UHGV virus genome: UHGV-1601690
Reading direction: 5' to 3' (one strand)
Origin: a virus
DNA length: 24,689 nt
Shown here: positions 18,837-24,689 of the stretch, one piece after another
Position numbering within the stretch: the first letter of the stretch is position 1
Layout: the number at the start of each line of letters is the position of its first letter
Notes under the pieces: model-generated
The model's database searches: none
The model's input: only the letters and a program-made list of their open reading frames with translations
What the model was told of the DNA's origin: nothing
Translations under genes and position numbers: made by a program

Positions 18837-20752
18837 GCCGCTACCCCCGCTTTCTGGATTGCTACCAACAGATCAGCCAGGTGGCGAGCTGCGCCGTTAA
18901 CCAGCTCTTCGTTTTCCTCAAAACGTTCGGCAGCCTGAAGGGATGCAATCGCTTCCCGGACATTGCCCCGGGCGTTACGGATCTCCGCCATGTCAGTGCT
19001 TTGCATATCCATCACGTTATTGAGATATTCAATGGCTTTATTAGCCTCTGCATCTGCTTCGCTAACCGTTTCATCAGGCTGTGCCGGGGCCGGTTCTGGC
19101 TGAGTAATCTCACCGACTTCGGCCTGCAATGCATTGATCATGCTCTGCAACATTTTCTCGGTGCCAGCGCCACCCGGAAACGCAATATTGGGGAAAGTTT
19201 TTTGAAACTGAGTTTTCAGCATTACGCGGAACTCGTCTGGTGAGCTGGTGGCCAGCTCCAGAGCTTTTTGTGCATATTTGCCAAACGGACCATTAGTAAG
19301 TGTCTTCGCCAGGAAGTCGAAAGAATCCTCGCGAGGCAATAACTTCAGGTCGTACTCACTCATTTGCTGATCAGAAAGCGGGGTATCATAAGTAGCAATG
19401 CCGTAGCGTGCATATTCATAATACGGATCACCTTCATCAGGGCGCGGCAGAATTGCTTTGTTACCTTCAGGTATTGCGCCAGGGGCCGCCGGACGCATTT
19501 GCAGAGCATATCGATATGCACCTACAGAGACTTCTGGTTCAGGCGAAGAGCTACCGGTATCCTCCGCTGGTTCAGGTTCGACGTTTTCCGGTTTATGTTC
19601 TTCTGGTTGGACCAGATATTCCGATACATTACCCGCTTTATAGGCTTTAAACAGCTTGCCGATCGCATCTGCCATGTCCACACCCTGTATGGATTTAGCC
19701 TTGATCATGTATACGCTGCCATCCGGGTCGGTTAACTGGATATACCCTTCGCCATCCCCAATGAATTGCTTCATTGATGCACCATTACTGAGCGTCGCTT
19801 CCCCGTCCATATGCATACGATTTTTGATACTGGCAAGGCGATCCGTCAGCGCGCGAGAGTGCCCACCAGTCATCCCCGCTGGAGCAATGGTATCGCGCCC
19901 ACCAGTGCGATTGAGCTGATCAATCTCCGTCTGCAAACGCTCATTCTCTTCATAAAGAGAATCCGCTTCCGATGCAACAGCGTTAATTTTCTGCTCCAGA
20001 TCTGCCTTCTGCCCTTCTACCGCTGCCACCTGATCCGCGAGGTCGCTCATGGCATCCTCTTTCTGGTCACTGTCAGCCTGTAGTTGGGTTATTTCATCAA
20101 CAAGGGCTTTTTTCTTCTTCTGCGCACGCTGGAATTTTGCCGAGTTTTTCTCTGCAAGGTTGGCAAGTTTCATGGTGACCTGCGCCAGCGTCATATCACG
20201 TCCACTCATCGGAGCAACGGTGTGAGTAACGTCTTTTTTATTCAGTAAGAACTGGAAAGCAACCAGCGTATCGCTATTGGTGATCCGGTTTTCCGCTGTC
20301 GGGCTATGAAACAGAATGCTGATAGTCTGACCATCACTGAGCGGAATAATGGCTGGCAAGACCGGCAGCCCGTTAACGTTACGTGCCCGGCCAATTTCAG
20401 CGCCGCCGATCGCGCGCGCGCCGCTCTGGGCCACATCCCCCGTTTTATCACTCCCCGCAGAGATTCCGGTACCATTCAGCTTCTGGTTCAATGCCCGGAC
20501 AAATGCCTGCATGGTCCGGTGTAACTGCAAACGAGTAGAACTAATCGCCTCCAGTAAATCCGTAGCACACCAGTGGATCGGCGTGTCATAGAAGAACGTA
20601 GCCTCGATTTCCTCCAGGGTGTTGGATTCCGTCATCAGATAGCGGTCCTCACCGGCCATTAATGCGCGATATTCATCATCAGTCACTGGCGGGGGAAGCA
20701 CGTCAAGCCCAGGCTTGAGCGTCACCCCTTTATTGATATTGAACTGTTCCAT
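18833..20752 (-). CDS. darA: DarA-like capsid-internal anti-restriction protein
   Basis: 639-aa ORF, ATG preceded by AGGAAA. Shares a segment with the upstream hdf product (LANLAEKNSAKFQ vs AARKNSAKFQ). Size matches remembered P1 DarA. Confidence 0.8.
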   Translation of the reverse strand: MEQFNINKGVTLKPGLDVLPPPVTDDEYRALMAGEDRYLMTESNTLEEIEATFFYDTPIHWCATDLLEAISSTRLQLHRTMQAFVRALNQKLNGTGISAGSDKTGDVAQSGARAIGGAEIGRARNVNGLPVLPAIIPLSDGQTISILFHSPTAENRITNSDTLVAFQFLLNKKDVTHTVAPMSGRDMTLAQVTMKLANLAEKNSAKFQRAQKKKKALVDEITQLQADSDQKEDAMSDLADQVAAVEGQKADLEQKINAVASEADSLYEENERLQTEIDQLNRTGGRDTIAPAGMTGGHSRALTDRLASIKNRMHMDGEATLSNGASMKQFIGDGEGYIQLTDPDGSVYMIKAKSIQGVDMADAIGKLFKAYKAGNVSEYLVQPEEHKPENVEPEPAEDTGSSSPEPEVSVGAYRYALQMRPAAPGAIPEGNKAILPRPDEGDPYYEYARYGIATYDTPLSDQQMSEYDLKLLPREDSFDFLAKTLTNGPFGKYAQKALELATSSPDEFRVMLKTQFQKTFPNIAFPGGAGTEKMLQSMINALQAEVGEITQPEPAPAQPDETVSEADAEANKAIEYLNNVMDMQSTDMAEIRNARGNVREAIASLQAAERFEENEELVNGAARHLADLLVAIQKAGVAA

Positions 20753-20753
20753 G

Positions 20754-21365
20754 TTAATTTCCTGCTTTCAGTTGCTTAAGACGACGTTTGAGTTCGCCAT
20801 TCCGTGCCTTTTCGTTATTGAGTCGGCCCGTCTCCTTATCCAGCTTCGCCCGCAAATCAGTGATCTGCTGTTGATTGAAAGACACCGAATTCTGCGCGGA
20901 CTTATAAGCGGCAACCACCTGAGCATTCCGCTGTTTTGCTTCTTGCAGGCGCTGAAAGTTGGATTTAACTGCCGGTTTCTTGTCTACCGGATTGGCAACA
21001 CGCTTCGCTTTGGCGATCAGTGATTTCTGGAATTTTGCGGAGTTTTTGCGGGCCGCCTGTCCCATGGCGGTACCAAGCGTCTTGATATCCGGCGACTGAG
21101 CGTTAGGAATAGCTTTTCCATTCAGTTTCACAGACGATATATCGCCAGTATCGTTTACCTGTATGGCAAGAATTTGTCCGTCGTTAAGAACCAGCTTTGC
21201 GGTTTTAACTTTAACGCCATCTTTCGTTGTTGCGCGGTTGCTGGAGTCAACCTCAATTACCGTAACCCCGGTTTTATTGATCGCCGCGATAAGGGATTTC
21301 AGCCCCTTTTCATTAACCTGGTCAAAATCGACCGTTGCATACTTATTTTTCGTCATCTGACACAT
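20754..21365 (-). CDS. hdf: Hdf-like protein (homologue of a DarA fragment)
   Basis: 203-aa ORF with local similarity to DarA (NSAKFQ region) and a coiled-coil-like C-terminus. The second ATG at 21356, preceded by AGGA, is the more likely start. Confidence 0.7.
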   Translation of the reverse strand: MCQMTKNKYATVDFDQVNEKGLKSLIAAINKTGVTVIEVDSSNRATTKDGVKVKTAKLVLNDGQILAIQVNDTGDISSVKLNGKAIPNAQSPDIKTLGTAMGQAARKNSAKFQKSLIAKAKRVANPVDKKPAVKSNFQRLQEAKQRNAQVVAAYKSAQNSVSFNQQQITDLRAKLDKETGRLNNEKARNGELKRRLKQLKAGN

Positions 21366-21786
21366 CCTGTGCGAGATTTATTACGTAACTTCTGCGGATT
21401 TGCTGAGTAACAGGGAAAATCCGATACAACGGGTTAATGAACGAGTCACCATGCGTAACCATGACGTTGAAATGCCACAGCCGTTCTCCTTTACCCATAT
21501 ATTCAGTGGGTATGTACAACCATTCACTGTTTTCGCCCTGTTCAGCCGACGTCAGACAACGTTGTTCGCCTTCAATCACTGTCGTTGGCTTCTGAACATC
21601 GCGGATCCAATATCTGACCGTTGCGCCGCGCAAAAACGGGAATTTAGACCGGTATTTGAACGGCACCCGGATGAAGCCCTGTTTAATTTCCACATCACCA
21701 AGTTCTAAATGCGTGATGTCCTTGCGTTTTAGCAAATAGCGATCGGCTAAGGCTAACGCAAGAACGCATACACCCCAGCCAATCAT
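21343..21786 (-). CDS. lydB: LydB-like holin antagonist
   Basis: 147-aa ORF overlapping the lydA stop by 4 nt. Assignment by position in the P1 lydA-lydB-darA operon. Confidence 0.65.
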   Translation of the reverse strand: MIGWGVCVLALALADRYLLKRKDITHLELGDVEIKQGFIRVPFKYRSKFPFLRGATVRYWIRDVQKPTTVIEGEQRCLTSAEQGENSEWLYIPTEYMGKGERLWHFNVMVTHGDSFINPLYRIFPVTQQIRRSYVINLAQDVSDDEK

Positions 21787-22112
21787 TTCCCACCTCCCTT
21801 TTTCACCAAACTTGTAAGAACATTCAGAATGCTATCGATATTCACTCGTTTCATCCCTGAAATCACCTCATGACCGTTATTGCTGGCTATCGTTACCATT
21901 AAGTACGTAATTGATAACTCCCAGCCCTCGTGTTGCCCCAATAGGTACGCCACCGCGCCAGCTGTCACTGCAACAAAGATCTCCGTAACCAATCCCAACA
22001 AATTGCCAGACTGGCGACCATCTCGGACATCCATCAGGAACGTGCCTATCCCACCAATTACTGAAAGCAGGAGCGCAATAGCAACTGGAGCTAATTCCTG
22101 TGTGTCAAGCAC
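21783..22112 (-). CDS. lydA: LydA-like holin
   Basis: 109-aa ORF, GTG start preceded by GGAGGG. Two to three hydrophobic helices (LAPVAIALLLSVIGGIGTFLM; LLGLVTEIFVAVTAGAVAYLLG) and a basic C-terminus. Confidence 0.7.
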   Translation of the reverse strand: MLDTQELAPVAIALLLSVIGGIGTFLMDVRDGRQSGNLLGLVTEIFVAVTAGAVAYLLGQHEGWELSITYLMVTIASNNGHEVISGMKRVNIDSILNVLTSLVKKGGGK

Positions 22113-22181
22113 AAGTTCCCTCCTACGTTGTCAGGAGGTAATGGTATGCAAAGTAACTTCTCAACCGGTCATGTTGCTTGA

Positions 22182-22213
22182 CATCCTCCACGTCCTTTAG
22201 AGCGTGGAGGATG
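22182..22213. repeat. Perfect 11-bp-stem hairpin adjacent to the start of the intron-like region
   Basis: CATCCTCCACG - TCCTTTAGAG - CGTGGAGGATG; ends at 22213, and GTGCG begins at 22215. Confidence 0.75.
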
Positions 22214-22214
22214 T

Positions 22215-23060
22215 GTGCGCCCAGCATGGGCGCGATCTTGGAGGTGAAAGCCCTCCCGCGAGCTGACCACAGCGAGCGAAATGAAGTGCAACTGCGTGAG
22301 GGCGACCGGGCGTGGGGAGGAAGCACGGAATGAACCCGTGAGCCGATGAACGAGAATCGGATATGAGGCGCGATGGAGCAAGGCGAGCAGGCACATCACT
22401 GCGAAGCTTTCGTGGTCAAGTCGAAGTCGCGCAGATCCGACGGTTGTGCGGGGAAGGATCGCGTTCTTACCTGGGGAGTTCTCGCCTCATGCCTGAAAGG
22501 GCAACGTCGTAAGACGGAGCGAGAAGTCAGCAGAGGCCGTTGTAGTCAGGACTCCGACGAAGGGCCGAACGAGAAGGAAAGCCAGAAGATATGACTCTTG
22601 ACAGGACATTGCGTCAGAAGCCGGGGAAGCCCGGTACGGACCCGCATGCCGGGTGGTGTGGCAGGGGCGCAGCCCTTGTGCTCCCCCCTATGCCGATCAA
22701 GCAGAACATTGTGCTGGGCCTCTGACGCAGCTCCTTGATGGTCTTGGCATCGTGCTTAAGTGGATTGGTGTCGTCCCTGATAGGATCATGGAGGCAGAAT
22801 GAAACTCAAAAATCCGGGATAGCACGCAAAACAGGCTGCACAAAAAGCGCAGGTTGCGTAGGAGTGAAATCCCGCTCCCAAAAAATGGTGCAGAAGTTGC
22901 GGCAGTGGTCATCCGACGCACTGGAAAATAACAAACCCGCCGTGACCAGAATCGGAGGCCTGAGGGAGTGACCGAAAAACCGGACAACCCAGGCAGCAAA
23001 TACCCGCTGGATGAGGCATGGTTCCGGCAGATAATACCGAAAACCGCCAGACACACTGGA
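22215..23060 (+). ncRNA. Candidate 5' fragment of a group II intron (domains I-III and start of IV), truncated
   Basis: Starts GTGCGCCCAGCATGGGCGCG (compare the remembered Ll.LtrB 5' end GUGCGCCCAGAUAGGG). About 850 nt that look GC-rich by eye, with stops in all frames and many short helices; ends abruptly where AT-rich DNA begins near 23060. No reverse-transcriptase ORF or domain V present. Confidence 0.4.
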
Positions 23061-23117
23061 TAATCAGTAGAAATAATCCATTAAAGTTATTATAATAATT
23101 GGTCACATTATTATATT

Positions 23118-23681
23118 ATGCTGAACAATAGAAATATGACTATTAATGAACTTAAAGACTGTATTCACTATGAAGTAATTGGTAGCGAGCGTCCTTTCTC
23201 TTGGCGAAAAGCAATTGTTCGCGCAATAAAACATAGAAGAGTTCGTTATTTATTTTGGTGGCGCATATCAAAATATCTTTTTGATAAAGGCGGATACAGG
23301 CGAAAGGTTGCAGGGAAAATAGAACGCTTCATTCTTGACAAATACAATGTAACCGTTCCCTTAACGGTAAATATAGGGAAAGGGTTTGACATATCTTATC
23401 TCAATGGCGTTGTTATCGCTCACAAAGTCACAATCGGTGAAAATTGTTCAATTAAGCCCGGAGTAACTATTGGACTTCGCGGGGAATTTAATGACATGGA
23501 TATTGTTATAGGAGATAATGTGACCATTGGTTGTAATGCCACCATTCTTGGTGGCAAAGTGCGTATAGGAAACAATGTCACAATAGGTGCTCATGCATTG
23601 GTATTGCATGATATTCCTGATGATTCAACATTCATCACTAAATTTCAGTCTGAAGTTATCTGCTCGTCCTCCCGCACATAA
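23118..23681 (+). CDS. Hexapeptide-repeat (left-handed beta-helix) acetyltransferase, probable polysaccharide O-acetyltransferase; AT-rich cargo
   Basis: 187-aa ORF with consecutive hexapeptide repeats ([24 protein letters not shown]...[35 protein letters not shown]). AT-rich by eye, preceded by an AT-rich promoter-like stretch containing TATAAT. Start may be the second ATG at 23136. The 3' end overlaps the tfa 3' end convergently. Confidence 0.8.
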   Translation: MLNNRNMTINELKDCIHYEVIGSERPFSWRKAIVRAIKHRRVRYLFWWRISKYLFDKGGYRRKVAGKIERFILDKYNVTVPLTVNIGKGFDISYLNGVVIAHKVTIGENCSIKPGVTIGLRGEFNDMDIVIGDNVTIGCNATILGGKVRIGNNVTIGAHALVLHDIPDDSTFITKFQSEVICSSSRT

Positions 23682-24262
23682 CCCTGATTCATCAGCTCTG
23701 GCCATACGATATCCGGAGCTGTACTGGTATCAATTCGACTCACTAATACTCTGTATTTTCTCCAGGAGTCCAGTTGTGAATTTTCCTCGTTTGTTGCTAT
23801 TTCAAGATTAACTGCGTCCTGCAGAATTGCGATGTTATCTGTTGCCTCCTGGATCAACCTTGCCTTTTTCTCTTCCGCTTCCCGTATCCGAAACAGTTTT
23901 TCTGCTTCCTCATCCTTCACCCAGGATACGCCGTCCCACTTCTGATACTCCCCTGCTGGCGACAACCAGGTGACATTCTCTGGTAGCGGTCCGGGTTCAG
24001 AAATAAACAACGCGTCCCCCGATGCCACCTCATAGACCGTTTTACCACGATGGTCTTCAACAATATTCCACGATTCATTTTCACTGTTGAAAACTGCCAC
24101 AAAGCCAGTAGGAATTTCCGGTGGGGCGATATCTGTAGAATTAGCTGGCAGCCCTGTATGAGGTGGAATATATGCGTCATCTTCACCAATAAACTCATTA
24201 GTTCCGGCCAGCAGGTTATAAATTTTTACTGTACGTGATTGTTCACTCATTCTGAATGCCAT
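23645..24262 (-). CDS. Tail fibre assembly chaperone (Tfa / P1 U-like)
   Basis: 205-aa ORF with a Tfa-type C-terminal region (DIVWPEL...). Its ATG overlaps the tail-fibre stop (TAATG). The last few codons run into the AT-rich cassette. Confidence 0.85.
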   Translation of the reverse strand: MAFRMSEQSRTVKIYNLLAGTNEFIGEDDAYIPPHTGLPANSTDIAPPEIPTGFVAVFNSENESWNIVEDHRGKTVYEVASGDALFISEPGPLPENVTWLSPAGEYQKWDGVSWVKDEEAEKLFRIREAEEKKARLIQEATDNIAILQDAVNLEIATNEENSQLDSWRKYRVLVSRIDTSTAPDIVWPELMNQGYVREDEQITSD

Positions 24263-24689
24263 TATGCAAGCCTCACAATATAATTAAATGCGATGTTTTT
24301 AACGGTGTTTTCCGCGTTACCAGCAGCATTAACGGTGATGGTATGTCCATGTGAACCAATCGCAACAGAGTGCGTATGAGCGCCAATACCAACTGTATGT
24401 GCATGCGCCCCTGCACTTGCAGCAGTGCCTGATACTGAGTGGGTGTGTGCACCAGAAGAAGGCACTGTTCCATTCCCCACGACCGTGCCACTTGATGAAC
24501 CATCAAGCCAGTCGAAATTCATACCTCCACTGTTTGGTCTCCTTAATGGAACGGTATGAGTATGTGCGCCAGCACTATTTGCAGTACCAGATACATTGTG
24601 GGTATGTGCACCTGTGTTATTCGTTGGTTTAGTACCGTAATCAAACGACGATGTGGTTTTCGTCCCCAAATCCGTACTGGATGCGCTGG
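24262..24689 (-). CDS. Tail fibre protein, C-terminal receptor-binding part (5' end beyond the window)
   Basis: Frame is open to the window edge. Repeated GAHTH(S/T)V(S/P) motifs ([21 protein letters not shown]...[21 protein letters not shown]) are typical of Mu S / P1 S / lambdoid side tail-fibre C-termini. Confidence 0.8.
   Translation of the reverse strand, partial: SASSTDLGTKTTSSFDYGTKPTNNTGAHTHNVSGTANSAGAHTHTVPLRRPNSGGMNFDWLDGSSSGTVVGNGTVPSSGAHTHSVSGTAASAGAHAHTVGIGAHTHSVAIGSHGHTITVNAAGNAENTVKNIAFNYIVRLA

Noticed and set aside
22123-22594. Short ORFs of 65-76 aa on both strands inside the GC-rich region
   Set aside because: Overlapping, Arg/Ser/Pro-rich and without start signals; the region is better explained as structured RNA or non-coding remnant than as protein-coding.
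22215-23060. Alternative reading of the GC-rich block as a retron or other reverse-transcriptase-associated ncRNA
   Set aside because: No adjacent RT ORF and no msr/msd-like inverted repeats were seen; the GTGCG start and overall length fit a group II intron 5' fragment better. Not excluded without a covariance search.
22113-23117. cin-type serine recombinase expected between lydA and the tail-fibre genes
   Set aside because: No ORF in any frame resembles a roughly 190-aa serine invertase; the interval is occupied by the intron-like fragment.

Overview
The window reads as a segment of a P1-like temperate phage (phage-plasmid) genome from an enterobacterium. Gene order and orientation follow what I recall of phage P1: (lxc?)-ulx-darB, prt, pro, lyz, ssb, then the leftward darA operon (lydA-lydB-hdf-darA-ddrA-ddrB plus a small acidic ORF), then the tail-fibre assembly and tail-fibre genes. 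The backbone therefore carries the capsid-delivered Dar anti-restriction system, which is already described for P1. What looks new is at three points where the backbone is interrupted: (1) a frameshifted tnpB-only IS200/IS605-family element between prt and pro; (2) a porin gene with its own AT-rich regulatory region (perfect CRP consensus) between ssb and the darA operon, broken by a diverged 35-nt direct repeat; (3) between lydA and the tail-fibre genes, where P1 has cin and the invertible C segment, a GC-rich structured region that looks like the 5' part of a group II intron, followed by a low-GC hexapeptide-repeat acetyltransferase gene. No CRISPR array, tRNA or rRNA was seen. All product names rest on reading the sequence and on remembered P1 biology; nothing was searched against a database.
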